Assembly: GCA_963924565.1 (NCBI GenBank) | Contig: OZ004611.1 | Coordinates: 24,552,001-24,616,000, forward strand | Direction: 5' to 3' | Origin: Ascidiella aspersa | Lineage: Eukaryota | Length of the DNA: 64,000 nt | Shown here: positions 14,601-28,900 of the stretch, one piece after another | Layout: each line of letters begins with the position of its first letter | Numbering within the stretch: position 1 is the first letter of the stretch | Notes under the pieces: generated by a model | What the model was told of the DNA's origin: nothing | Database searches by the model: none | Seen by the model: the letters and a program-made list of their open reading frames with translations, nothing else | Translations under genes and position numbers: made by a program

Positions 14601-15424
14601 AAAAACTAAACTACAAGTCCTGAGGTTTTAAATTAATAATTGTTTATACTGCTATCAAAGCGACTTGTTAGACTTTGCGTAAAACAACCCAAGTCCCGAT
14701 CCGACGTGCGATCACAGTATAAAATTTCAAAACTGATATGTGCGAAAAATGAAAATTTTAAAACTGTATAGTAGCAACTGATGGAATATTTTCCAACCTT
14801 GTAGGCCTACTGTGGGCGGAAGAACTATATGACACTTCTATCAGTGAATTGCCGATTATGCACCTTATTTTAGTTACCGTACGCAAATAGGTGAAATACA
14901 GTCTGTAGAACCGTACACGAGACTGGACGAAATCAAACGTTTAGCCGGAGTCGGACTCGGGTTTATTTTTTTTTGCCGGGGTTGGTCTCTCAAAAATACT
15001 ATTTCGAATTCCAGCTTGGGGTTTTAAACTAAAAAGTGTTATGTACCACTGCTATAGGGTTCAACCGAAAGTCCTCAGATATATTTTTGTCTTTTTTAAA
15101 TAGCTTTTTTGCCAACTTAAACCAATAAAAAACATTTTGGCGTCATAGTGCACCAGGGCTCCAACTCACAAAGTTACGGCCCTTTACAGTGGGCTATTTT
15201 TGGCACATATATCTCCCAAATATTAATATTAAAGCTTCTTTAAGATTAGCGGGCGTGCCTTTGGAGAAAGTATATTGAAAGTATCAGTACTAAGTACGTT
15301 TTAAAACGCAAGATTGGCGCAACAGGCAACATAAAACATTTGATTTTAAACTCTTGTGTAAAAGGATTATAAACATACGTAAAAACGCCTGTGATTGTGA
15401 TTAGAGATTACAAATTCAATGAAA

Positions 15425-15920
15425 TCACTGTGATCTAGCCCTTCTGAAGCTTCGTTTTGACCAACGATTAAGGCTTACGTATCATCAGTACACCGAAAGC
15501 CATCGCAGACTCACCGAGTCTATCGATCAATGACGCAAGCAGGGCAGGCTAGAAAAACAACTATAGCCTGCAGTGAGGTTCGAACTCGCGACCAGCAGCT
15601 TCAGAAGAACTAGATCGCAGTGGTTAACACACATATGTGTGTCCATGTTTCATTGAATAATGATAGGTCTATGATTACTGTAGATCCTCTTAATATGAAG
15701 TTGCTTGTACTAACAAAATGTGGCAAGCATTGGCGTATGGTTGTTTCTCTACTCTCTCTTCTCTGAGGCTGATGTGTAGCGCAGTTGGTAAAGCCGGTAT
15801 GACCGGAGGTTGTAAGTTCGAACTCACTGCAGGCTAGTTGTGTTTCTAGCCTGCCCTGTTTGCATCATTGGTCGACAGATTCAGTGAGTCTGCGATGGTT
15901 TTCGGTGTACTAGAGATAAC
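15425..15920. repeat. Inverted pair of tRNA-containing repeat copies
   Basis: 15770-15920 (+) has an A box (TAGCGCAGTTGG), a B box (GTTCGAACTC) and a trailer. 15425-15595 is an inverted copy of the T arm and trailer. Homologous to 37738-38080. Confidence 0.75.
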
Positions 15921-18900
15921 AAACGATAAACAGTACACTCGCTCGAAATTGTTTATAAATTTGAAGCTTTTCGCGCGAGACGTCGTAAAATTGGTTCGGC
16001 CTGTTTGAAAACTAAGTGTGACCTCTGGACGGATAAAACTCAACCTCTGTTTTCTTGCTTCGGATTTGTTATTTTTTCAGCTTGTTGGACCTCTTCAAAG
16101 TAGTTTATTTTTTTAATTTTTACGTTGAAAACTGCTGATCTCGAAAGAAAACATTACATCGAGTCGCGCGTTGGCGCAATTGGGTAGCTTTTGCGGCGAT
16201 TTTCTGCGATTTCTTAAAGTAATAAAATCGATCAGCCGCTTAGTGTGCGACGTTTAAAATTAAATGCTTAACAAGTTGATTATTATACTTTCTTTGTGGT
16301 ATTGCTTTTTACCATAACACAACATGAATCTAACTTAACGTTCGGGTATAACACAAGACGGATTGGTTGACTGATTTCAACAAATGTGGTTTGACAGCCT
16401 ATATACTTGTGTTCAAAAATCGCCACAACTGTATTTAATTAACTTGACGCAACAAACTTGTGCCAAATGTTATGAAGGACGAAACCTTTTTTTTACGGTC
16501 CAACAACGTCATTAAACGGCCGTGGCGTTCGTTCCGGGCGCGGGCTTAGTTATCAATGATTAACCAGCAAGCTTTCCCTAACAAAATGCCCCTCGGAATT
16601 GCTGGCCATAAACTCCCCACGGTGAAGCGCACGCGCAAGAACATAAGGCAGTTTTCTCCGAAGTGTGGCAATCTTCATGACGACTTGTTTGCTATGGCTT
16701 ACGGTAGGCCATCAAATATTTGTGTGCCAGATACTCGTTTAAATTGGAATAACAGAGCCTAAGTTGTTTGTGAACTCCAACGGTGGCCAAGTTGCTCGCT
16801 AACTGAGCCCCACTTTACGTTTACATAATTAAAAGTTACAACGACTGCTTTTAATCAGAAGAGTTCCGCAGAAGATTTTAGGCTACAAATATTACTTTTT
16901 ATGTTTTTGAAGATATTTTTGCGAAGCGACTATATACTGCACATTATTTTATGCTTTATTATTTGGTTTTGAGTGAAACATATTTAAAACATTATTTTTT
17001 TAAGCGTCGCGTGGTGTTAATATTCGTTTTATGACGTCACGTGGTGTTAATATTTGTTCGGTTTGCCAATAATATTTGCGCTAAAGTACAAATACAGCAA
17101 CCAACAAACCTCAAATAACAGATGGTAATCGTTCAAGTATAAGATAAGTTGAATCTTATGGTCAGTGCGACATTTGCAAAAGACGAAATGTAATCTTTAC
17201 ATGTCACACACAAATCGTATAATATTTTCGCAGTAGCCGCCGTTTTTTTTTCTGAAGTTTTAAAAGTCAAGCGTGATTTCTTTTTCCGGCTACTGGCTGG
17301 ACCCGTTGAAACTCTACAATCCATTATTCCCTTGCAGTGGTATTACTACTAATAATGGCAAATTCATTGAAACGTAAGGATTGCTTAGAAATCATTAAGT
17401 GTATCAGGCTATACCTTGTAATTTTTTGGAGGTATCAAGTTGTTGTTCAGAAAAAAGATTAGGGAACACTAATGTAAACTAAAATACAGTGGTGTTCTCA
17501 ACATGTGTTGTACTTCTTTTGAAACTTTTGTTGGTATGCAGCGTCAGTAAAAGGCCACTATGTTACTACTAGGGATGAAACAAGTGGTATAACACAATTT
17601 TTTTTCTTTTAGGCGTTTTTTTTTTAAAACAGACAAAAATTAAAAGTAAACATATTTCATTTGTCTTAAAAAGACTTACATGTCCAGAATGTAATTATTT
17701 TGGTGAATTTCTGTATATTTTTTAGGGTTCTTATAACGGCACACTATACCCTGCGCATAACAGTAATAAAACATTGCATATACGTTCACATAAGACTCAA
17801 TTAGCTGTTTGTTGATTTAATTTAACCTACTGATGTTGCACCGATTATTTTATTGTTTGCGTGGGCAGTCGATTTTGGGCGAGCTTGAGAATACATTTAG
17901 GAAAGCTTTATAACTGACGTTTCTGCCACCTTTTCAGACGTTGGCTGCTCTTATTGTTTTATGTGTTTTGTTGTTATTTACGTGAGCTTATATCAATACA
18001 GTTTACGACACGTGTAGCGCTTGGCATACGACAGGCCGTAAAGTATAGATATCCTGAAATATTAGTGTAACACTCATACCAAATCAAATCACACTCACTT
18101 TCGGCTTAGTAACTTTGCGCGTTTAATGTAAACACAGTCAACGACACGTCGACGAAAAAATCACGGACACGTACAAAAAGCGCGCAGAGCGGAAATGGCG
18201 AACGTATAGAGGGTTAAACAGGCTACTCTGGGTCGAACGGGCGATCGCAAAACTGGAATGCAAGCCATGTATTTTACGAATGCCGTCGAACGGAAACATA
18301 CCTGATTTTTTACTGTGGCAAACGAACGCGCGAAACGCAACAAAACGCAGGAACACAAAGGAAACAAACACGCATCTGGCAGAGCGACGTTGCAGTCGCA
18401 AATTTTTTATGGGGTTGACAATGAACGTTGGCGGACGAACGACATCGGTTTTATAAGACAATCGCTTTTGAACGTGCAAGTATAGTAAAATGATTGCCTT
18501 TTGTTGAGATCCAATTTGTGTCGCTGTGTTATTTCACAGTGATTGTCACGAAATCAGGTTGATTGGGAAAGGGTAATTCCAATGATTCAGGAGGGGGGGG
18601 GTGCGGGTTAATCTGCGTTGCTTTCACAGGATTCGAACGAAAAATCGCAGCGTGCGTAGCAGTTTTCTTCCGTTGGTGCTACAGCAGAGGCGCGTACAGG
18701 ACACACGAGTTACAATTGCACAAAAAAAAACAAGAAAAAAAACGAGTGTTTTCTGCGTTTCGCGAGGAGCTTACATGGAAAGTATACATACATACGCTGT
18801 TACATGGAACCTTTATGGACGACAAGACGCGTGTTAAATATAATGGTAAGTGCTGATGCCCTTGGAAAAAAGAAAGAGTTACGCACGGTATACGAAAAAC

Positions 18901-19982
18901 GATAAACGATAAACCAAACACAGGTCTTTAGGGCGGTCTAGGCAAACATATATATTTCAGGGAGATTTTCTAGTGTTTTTGCGGTTTAAAATCGACACGG
19001 CAAGTGAGAAGTCTACTCTAGTGTACACAACAACGAGACGGTTTTAAACAGTGCTTCTTAAACTGTTTCACTTACTTGCCAGTATCGTGGCAGACTACAA
19101 AATTAAAATTAGCGACGAAGCTTAAAATCTGACCGGATTCCGTTCTCGAGAATGAAAGCAAACTGTTGAAAATGCAAGGCAAAAATATTTATTCCTCTCA
19201 AAAAGACTGAGAATATCCAGAAGGTAATTATTTGTTAAGGAATCCGGTATTTTTCCCGGTGGCATATGATTATGCTTAATGTTAACTCTACAGCGAAACC
19301 GTTTAACGTAATTGTAACTTTCACCCCAATAACCGACAACTGGTAATCGGTTAGCAATAATAAGTTTGCCGCAACTTTGAGAGTTGTATGAAAATGACAA
19401 ACATTATATGGTTGGAAAGTTTTGCAATAAAGAAAAAAATGCGAACAGGCAGTGAATTAGCTCAAGAAGCACTGACAAGTTTTCCGACATAGTACACTCA
19501 CAAACGTGTCAGACAAGTGTTCAACAAAAAATCGAGCCATAAAACATAATTATCACTTTAAGTATATACTAAAACTGAATAGTGACAGCAATTTTGCGCC
19601 ATAAAGTGTTTATTCTAACGACAGAAGAATTGCGTTTGGATTTTATGTATATTTGATCCAAATTGATATTAGCAACTGTCGGATCATACTGTGTCGAAAA
19701 GGGATATTTTTGGTACTACGGGAATAAAACCTTCAAGCTTGCCAAGATGGCTCAATTTAATCCAGAATTGCCATTTTACTGGGAATATATTGATAATAAA
19801 GAGAAAATTGAGTGTTCGTTGTCGAAAACGGAAATCCAGCCATAACTTTTCCGAAATCCCGACTCGATTCACCACGCTTATATGGGACCCGCCTCTGTCC
19901 ATCCAAAATGCACTACTTCAGGCCGGTGCGAACAGCAGAAAGCAGACTCCAGGGGGGCCTTACCGTTTTTATTTTGCCGCCT

Positions 19983-22900
19983 TTACTTAACAGCTTCGCG
20001 TTCGGGCGAGTTGGCAATGTCCTTGAGCAGCTCAATCAGGTTGGTTAGGCCGAAAATGTAGCCGTGATCGGGTCCGTCGTGTACAAAGCAACTGTCCATG
20101 TCCTGGTGCGTCGATTTAGCGAAGTCTATCATACGGATATCGACGCGTACCGCATCGCCGGCGGCGGCGGGACTCGAACCACCCACCTCGGGAACTTGCC
20201 CGTCTGGCTGGCCGTCGTACATGACGAGCAACGAGCTGGAATAGAAGCGGTAGGTGCGCAGGCGCTTTAGACTGTCCCTTATGGATCGAAGGCGCTGCAA
20301 AACAGGCAGAAGCAGCTCATAGCGCGTTCGGTGTCCATCGTGGAAGAAACGACGCAGGGTCGAGCGCAAACCGGTTTTGTCCAGTTTGCGCCCGTAGTAC
20401 TTGTCCAGGCAGAAGACCGTGCCGGATTTGGCGTCGAACACCTGCAAAACAGCGCACGGTTTAGGCCCAGATTAAAGCGAAAAAGTTTATTTGATTCTAC
20501 GGTTAAAAACCTAATTTTCACTCTTCAGTTTAGTGAATGTTCATAAACATGTGTGTACACTGTACAACTGTGTCCTATCGGCCGAGGTCGTGAGTTCAAT
20601 TTTCACCACATAGATACGGTACTTTTCTAAACGTATCTCGGTTGCACGGAAATCCTTATAAGCCGATTGATTTCAGTAGACCCTCATTGGACTTCCGGCG
20701 TATCTGTTACGTTAGTTCGAAAATGCGGTATTAGTTGAAAGCAAACGAAACGATTTAAGATCTAATCTTAAGATCACAAGAACAAACGGCATTACTGTTA
20801 CCCTTGCCTGTTCAGCAAACAGGCGCACACGCAGAACAGTTGGGGATTTACTTTCTTGGAAAACGAAGGGACTGAGATTGAGCGATAGCTTTAATCGTGA
20901 CTGCCACGCCCGCTGTTTTGACAAATCGAGTCGGAGTTGCTGCCACTTGCTCAAACACCAAGTGCGCATTGGTTTTGTGCTGCTTGGCGAGCCATTGCCG
21001 CAATTGCAATATTGCAAAGCTCAAAGTGTAGGAGTGACCTATGACTCTCCGTTTTCATCGCCCTTTTTTGAGCTTTGCACCGCCTTAAATACATAAACGG
21101 CCAAAAGCCTCAAAATGCACGAGCAAGTGTACGTACCAAGTGTTTGTTGGGTCATGAACTGGGCTTAACCACACAACCCGACATCACAACTCTCGAAATC
21201 ACAAGTCATGCAATGCCTGCATTTTCACGAGTATAGACAGGGTCACGAATTTTTGTTTCCATCAAGGGATCGAAGATTTTAAAGCTAATAAACGCGAGCC
21301 GGATTTAATTTTTTGTGTTGATTTTAATGAAAATGTAAAGATAAAATCATTATATTACAAGATTATAGTGAGTTATATGAAATTGTGGTTTGTTTTAAAA
21401 CTTGATCAAATTTTTGCTCAGTTTTGCATATTTTTCGTGAATTAAGTAATGTATTTCGGATAATTAGGGAAGTATGCCGGGGCCGGAAGAATCGAACCGG
21501 CCAGCCGAAGTTTAATGGCTCCTGGTGTAGATGGCGTGAAAACGCAGTATAGTCACATTCTAACCCTGCATAGATTTGCGTATCAAAGTCAAGTGCTTGA
21601 CTCTGCATTGTGCACATTACGTACACTAAATCACAGCTTAATCAAAGAAGAGCACGTTCATAAACAGCTGTAACGTGCATTTTAATGTGTTATCTTATCA
21701 TCGGTGTATCATCTGTACAGAATTTAAAGTTTCGCAGGTTTACGAACAGTTGCCGGGCGTATTACAAACGTGTTGTCGTGTAAAGCCGCCTGAAAATGTC
21801 TGAAACGATATAGCACGTACCGAAAGCAAAAGCGTCGACCAACGGAAGTCGTTAGGTTTGCGTTCTCGATAAATCATTTTAAAAGTCGTAATTACCATCG
21901 TCCGGCGCGTCAGGCCACCACATCACAAATGGTGGTTTCCTTTTGTTTTTAATTAATTTAAATTAAACCGGCTTCAATTGAACCGGAATGTATGTATGAC
22001 GTTGTCGTAACGATTTTGACGCCGTTCAAGTCAAGCAGGTGAGTTTAACTATCACTAGGGGTTACTTTAACCTGATTTTGAAAAGTCCAAGCGGAAGAGC
22101 ATTTAGAAATTGGGCATTAAATAGTGGGAATACAATTCCAAAGTTCAGCAAAACTTGGCCAATGATCTGTAAGCGGAAAACACAAAATACCGCCACCCTG
22201 TGACAAAAGTCCATAAACACAATACAATGAGATACCGTACGACATATTATAGTTTTAATTCTTTACGCGACAACGTCGTAACACTTCCTGTTAACAAAGT
22301 TCAAATCATCCAGCACGTAACGCATCCATACACACAATAGCGGTGTTACGCCACAAACAAAGAAAGCACAAGGGCCAGTGTTGGCGAAAACCAGGAAAAC
22401 AATAGCAAATGACGTAAGTGTTTCGCGTCGTCCATCAGGAAAGCGAACGGGCGGTATAACTTAACGATTGTAATCTCGTGGTGTAACGAGGCGCACTTTC
22501 TTTCAAGCTTGCGTTGTAATTGCGGTTTAATGGAACTCAAACAATAGCTGGTAGTTTAATTGGGGGAAATTAGTCCATAATTAAATTCCGAGTAAATTTG
22601 AATAGCTTAAGATAATTTCTCCCGTTCTAATTACGCGAAAATGTGAATTAAAATGTTGTATTAATCAATACCCTTAAAATTCACATTTAATTGTCAAAAT
22701 TAAAAAAATGTTTACTGGGTTACGTGCATGATAACGCATTTTCAACTAAATTCATTTAAAAAATAACCTTTAAATAACCTGTAAAATTGTCATAACTTTT
22801 TGCAAGGCTACAATATTACACCATAGCCTATAGGGCAGAATTACGCGATTTTAGGGTAACCGAGATTGCGTTCAGATATTTGCTCTTCAGGCGTCATTAC

Positions 22901-25900
22901 TACACAATTTGTCAGCTTGTTGTCAAAACAATCCACTCGAGTTATCAAAACTCACTTGAGCTCAGCTGATAAAACTGCAAACGTTTGCAGATGCTCACCT
23001 CGATAAGTTGGCGCTTTTTCGCACAACGGATAATTGAGTTCTTTAACAAATAACCGTCGAATGTTAAAATGACGCCTTAGAACGATACTAGGTATTGACG
23101 AATTGCAACCAAGGGTTATTATTTAATTAAAAAAACATCTTTAGAGAACTATCATAATGCTCAGTATTTACAACTGCCCTGGCGTGAATTTATTTTGCCA
23201 TGGATATCTATCACATTTTAAAAGGCACGTTAGGTTGATTTTTTTTTTCAGCACGTTAGGTATAGCAGGTCTGTTCAAACTACATTAGACGGGTCTGGGT
23301 TTTTTTCTTCTTGATTTCAGAATATTTTATTTGATAAATTAGAGAAAGGCATGTTCACCTATTCATACTCTTACCGCCTATTTAAAACAGGAATATGTAT
23401 ATTTCGTATCCAATTTTTGAACAACATTTCTTGTTTCTCATGCGCCCCCCCTGTTAAACATTAATTGCTCCCCTAGTCTAGAGTGATTTATTTTAAAATT
23501 ACCAACTCTTAGATATTGAGAACAACGGTTAATGGCTGTCCTAACAGAAAGGCATAATACTGCATCAAAGGCAAAAATAAAATGACAAAGGACGGCAACC
23601 AAAAAAGGCAAATAAACTACGCCGCTCAGGTCAAGAGAGTCGGTTTTCGGTTGCCGGTAAGCTTTTGTGTAACTTAGCCTCTAAGTATGTCACACGCCCT
23701 ACAACATAAAAGACGCGTTGAGCATGTACAATCATCGGATCTGTACGTTAGCACTATAGCGGCAAAATAATCGTCGGCTCGAAATGATTTACAACCGACT
23801 TAAGCCTGCTGAACAACACTTGTACAGTTCACACCCGGGCTTGAATGTAATGCGCGCCAAGGACATAGGGGTCACAGCTCACAACATGGCCGTACTAGAT
23901 TCGACACTCGTAAAATCATGAGTAATTGACCCGAATTGCGGTCAACGCATATCATAGTACATCGAGTTTTATCGGCGTAACTACGGGTAATAAGGGCACT
24001 GATTTTGCTTGATAAGTCGTCATTCACTTTGAAAATGTTTTAGTACATCGCTTTGCATCTCCGATTTTCTCAATTTGTTTCTTTTTATTGTACATATTTT
24101 TATATTAATCTTTTTAAATATTTGTGTGAAATCACTTACAATTTGACCTGATGAAGCACGGTTGGGCGAAAGAGATTTCAATACAATTCGTCTTTATATA
24201 GTGCCACCTGATTCATATATTTTTATATATTGCTCACATAGCTGTATTAGGTTCAAAGGTCGTAAAATCCCAAGTGATTGAATGAATTCCGGTCGGCGCT
24301 GAGCATAGTACATTCCGGTTACGACTTTCTCCCCACCTTTCAACGTAAAAGCTACGCGCGGGCCTCGATTTGTTTCTCAACGTGATTCAGCTGGTGAATC
24401 GATAATTTCCAACTCGAGGTTTTCAGAAATGGTCTTTCGAAAATGAACTCTCTCGTGGTAACTCTGTGTGCTTTTAGAAACCCCCGTGCACATTATTGAC
24501 GTTTTTGGCACTGGAAGTAAACCTCGCCAGGGTTGTGTTGCTCATAGGAAATGAACTGTAGTCGTTATGGCGTGCGCATATCGCACGAATGCCACTGGTG
24601 CTCTTCAATTAGCGTCTCATCGACTTACTGTAACTTCCGTCCGCCTTTGAGCGTGTTCTTATTATTGGCCCACGTACATTAACGGCAGATTTTTTAGGCG
24701 CAGTTAAGACGTTTGGGCGCGATATATTATACATAAGCTGGATTAGTAATTTACCTAGTTGTCGCAAATGTAACGTAATAGTCCACAACAGAAAAGTTGT
24801 CATACTTTCTGCGTGTTATGACGTTCATCGGCCTTGTATTTAGGAAACCCGGTCAACAAACCCGGTTAAACGTTTTCTTGAGCCTATAAGGCTTGAAGCG
24901 TTACCTACTTTCACGCACGTACTTTGTCAATTTGAGCTGCTTCTTTGTAAGCCTGCGACAAATATGGTGCCATTTAATGGTGTCGGACCGGTGCATGGCT
25001 GCACGATGCCATAGCGTTGGGTTTCAACCGCTGGAAAAAGAGTTGTACCGCCTGCCCGGTTTAGGCGATATTACGGCAGCAGGATATGCGTCGAATGGTA
25101 AGGTTTCGTGAGCAACTGAGAAACGTTGCGTGGCCTATACGTGCGTCGTGCACCTGCTGATGATTTTATTAATTACCGACTACGGGCGACCGGGTGATAT
25201 CATAGGGTGTCGTGCAGCTATTTTGCGCGAAAGAGCTCTGCAATGATATGACACAGGCGTCCGGTTGTTTTCTATGCACGCACAGAACAACTTTTGCTCG
25301 TTACTTTTTGTAAAATTCATAAGGGATGGAAAAGGGCGGCTCTTCTAAAGTTGCAATCAAAACCAGGGTTTGCCAAGTTACAAATAGGATAAATATCAAA
25401 ACTAAGTATTTTTGTTGAGCAATAAAACAGCTTACAGCTGTAACACTACACCAGTATTGTTGCTAAAATCGGTAATGAAATGTATTTAGTAAAAAAGCAA
25501 TTTTTTCCAACCTATTTTTGTACTTGACGATAAAAACTAGCATGGTATTTATATGATTAGTCAGGATTTACCATGGCATGTTTTCATGTTGCTTTGCTAA
25601 AATTATTCGCACACCTAACTAAGCATTAAAGAACGAGTTTATCTTAATTAATGGAAATTAACAAAATGCAGACAAACATCTTGTAGATTTAAACGCAAGA
25701 ATCAGACATTATTACCTAAAAACTGCCATCCAATTCACACTGGTTACACAAAGGAATTACACCTGAATAACACGCTGTTAACTACTTATGCTGACCCAAC
25801 ACTTGTGCGGTTGCACTGTCCGGTGAATTGCAAATTGAATACAAAGTGCTTCATCAGGTGAAACATGAAATCCTAAAGTAAATCTAAGAGGTCATCAAAT

Positions 25901-28900
25901 TACCTTTACAGAGCCAGTACTTGGTTTTAAAGAGAACTTTACAGATAAGTCACTTTGAATTGAATGGTAATTTTGCTGTTACCTAAGGGTGTGACTGAAA
26001 AGTAGCTAAGATTACTTTAAAGATTAAAAATTTTATAAAAAAAAATTGAGCTCCAAACTTTTAATGCCCAAAGGTGTCCTTATTTGGTAAACCCGACTTA
26101 CATACAAGGCAATTTAGTTGCAGTTAATACTGATAACACTGTCAGACACAGTTATCAACTGACACGGGAATTTAACAATGGCTTTACTATACTAAATAGT
26201 CATATGCATGTATTATCCTAATGTATGATAAGAAAATAAATGGAGTGTCCATTATTATTAGCAAGTAACTTTCAATGGGCTAAATCACAGCTGTATTCAC
26301 ACATAAATAAACCGTTCACTTCAAACTGATTCAATTTATAAATACCTTTATAATCATATTACTTAACCGCCTGACAATTCTTATTTTCTATCTTTTACCT
26401 GCATCCCTGAAAGCCGTACTCCGAGCTGTTGAGTTGTAGTGGAGGCGCATTTAATCTCATGGTGGTTTTTCTTGCACTCATCATCATAATCTCCATGGAT
26501 ACGAGTGCCCATCTTCAGATCCAAAACGCAAGGCTTGTGGAATTGGGATGTCACATTTTCAAGAAGGATAAATTCTGTTTTGTCAAAAAAAATAAGCATG
26601 ATTTTGAGATTTTACTCTTATGTACACTGGTTGACACCAATCATAACATGTTTTTAATTAGATCTAAATTTTATACTTTGTTTCTTTTTCATAACAAAAA
26701 TGCCAACCAAAAGTCTTGTGACCTAAGTGAACGTACAACATAAAATAAAAACATTGAAAACAAATTGCCCAAATGTAGCAGCATAAAAAAATATGACCCA
26801 ACGTCTTTGTTTATGTCTTTATTTATCAATCAATCATGTTTTTTATTGATGAAATACAAAGTTGGTTACATAAAAAAATTGAATGTAAAGATACTAATAA
26901 AACTGTCTATTAAGCTCTGGTTTTATTAAAGTTGATTGTAGTTATGTCAGAGGAACACCATTGATTGCTTTACCATGACAGAAGAAAACTCAGTTGCAGC
27001 TAGAACTCAGTGAACCTACAGGCTTGCTTGACATTTAAAACCATCAAAAACTAATGGGCATGAGTATTGTTAATTAAAACCACTAAACTTTGAAAAGTCG
27101 GTCGAAACGCGGCCAATTGGGAAACTAATTGCAAACGAGGTTTACTCACGCTTAATGACTTTGTGCTTGCTTTCCAGTTGTCTCTTGAGACCCTCTTTGT
27201 GAACTTTAAATATCCAGGGGTTTACTGTTTGGTGATTTGTGGTTGGCGTCTGGCCAGAGTGACATCCCTCATCCACAAACACACTTCCGGTCCGCCGCAG
27301 CTTTATTCTGCATCATGCAAAGAGTACACAAATTAGGCACTACTATAAACAAACCAGCGAAGAGCGGTGCAGGCTGCACGGCGAATACATTGCCTTTATT
27401 CATGGGATACAACTTATTAGTATCTAACTGGCATGTATGCTAAGTTGAAATTAAACCATAAGTTACACAAAAAACTCCAGTTACTTTCTTTGATTGGAAA
27501 ATATTTTTTATATGCAAGTTTGGTTTAATTCATTGCAAAGTAAAGTAAGTTTTACTAAACCACATTAGGAGAGGTGTTTTAAAAAAATGTAGTAGGTGGC
27601 TAAACTTAACAGTTTGGTGCACATCTTAGTTTAGGTTCACCAAAGAATATAAAAACAATGTTTTACGACCTTGCAAGTTAATCATTTAAATACTTTTTGC
27701 AAACCAACTTATTGTAATACGGCACTTTTGTAGTAACACCAAATCCAGTCAAAATAACTAATCTATCCATTTTTTTGAGGTAAATGTAAGGACGTTACGT
27801 GGTGGAGCTGCTGGATTCCAAGAATTTGAGATGCGAAATGCTTAAGGTGACTTTGTTGCAGGGGGAAATACTTGCCTTTTGCACACACTGGTGGATTTGG
27901 ACTTTGGTGTTTGTTCCATGGCGATGGTTTGTAAAGTAATATCCTGAGAAATAAAAATGTCAAAGTTAAACTGGAGTCCGGGTTTGAAAACAATGTGCAA
28001 AGAAAACTTTTTACGAGTAATAGTAAACCTTTTTACAACAACTATAGACGCCAAGTTTGGGGTGCTCAGAACACCCTAGTGAAAACTTGGGGCTCAGCTC
28101 CCCTGAACAATGATAAATCTTCCTGTGAAATATATATACGTTATATCTCATTTAATGCAAGCGTTTTGAATCTCTGACAGTTACTTTTTAGCATTATTTC
28201 TCATGACAGAATAAAAGTGTGAAATATTAAAGTTGCAATATATAATACTTCTGACATGAACTTTTTTTTCAGCCTGTTATAGTGACGTCATTTTTAGTGG
28301 AAAATTTAAAATCAAAAGTCGGTGTTTACGATTCCAAACGCTAAAAAAATCTATTTAATAATAAAGCTGAATTTTTTGTATGCACACAAATTTATATCAA
28401 GGGCAACTTAATGGTGATCAAGTGTTTTATAAAACGTTCAACGTAATGTTGTTTCTAAGCTTTGACTACAAGGGAAAGCTACAAAAACAAGACAAGGCCT
28501 GGTACAAAGCAGTCTAAAGTGAACCAAGCGTGTCACGAAGCAAGTCACAAAAGCCAATCAGGATGTTGTTGAAAGCTGACACTATGCTCATTGTACCAGC
28601 ACGGAGCACCACACCTTAATCAGAAATAGCACCTGGACTACACAGTTATATTCAATTCAACCTTTTCTAATCATTGGTTCAATCTCACAGTGCAAAGGTT
28701 TTTATGCCTGTGTGTGGATTTCTGATTTGAATGAAGTAAGTTAATTATAGTCCATTGGCTACCGTCATAAAATAACTCAAACAGAAAGCCTAATATACTA
28801 ACAATTAACAGCCTAAGGATTACCAGTATTTAAATTATTACCCCGTTTTTACCCACAAATCCTGATTTCTAAGAAATAATTAGTAAAGATACTCTTATAT

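Noticed and set aside
15770-15840. Functional tRNA gene
   Set aside because: A and B boxes are present, but the acceptor and anticodon arms are broken. It is a decayed copy of the repeat at 37.9 kb.
16000-19980. Short ORFs in the CpG-rich region downstream of IP6K, e.g. 18138-18479 and 18563-18856
   Set aside because: No recognisable motifs or consistent splice structure; more likely IP6K 3' UTR or intergenic DNA.
25835-25870. Minus-strand CCTGATGAAGCAC as a third hammerhead
   Set aside because: It shares 13 nt with the 24.1-kb motif, but no closing stem II or GAAA box follows.
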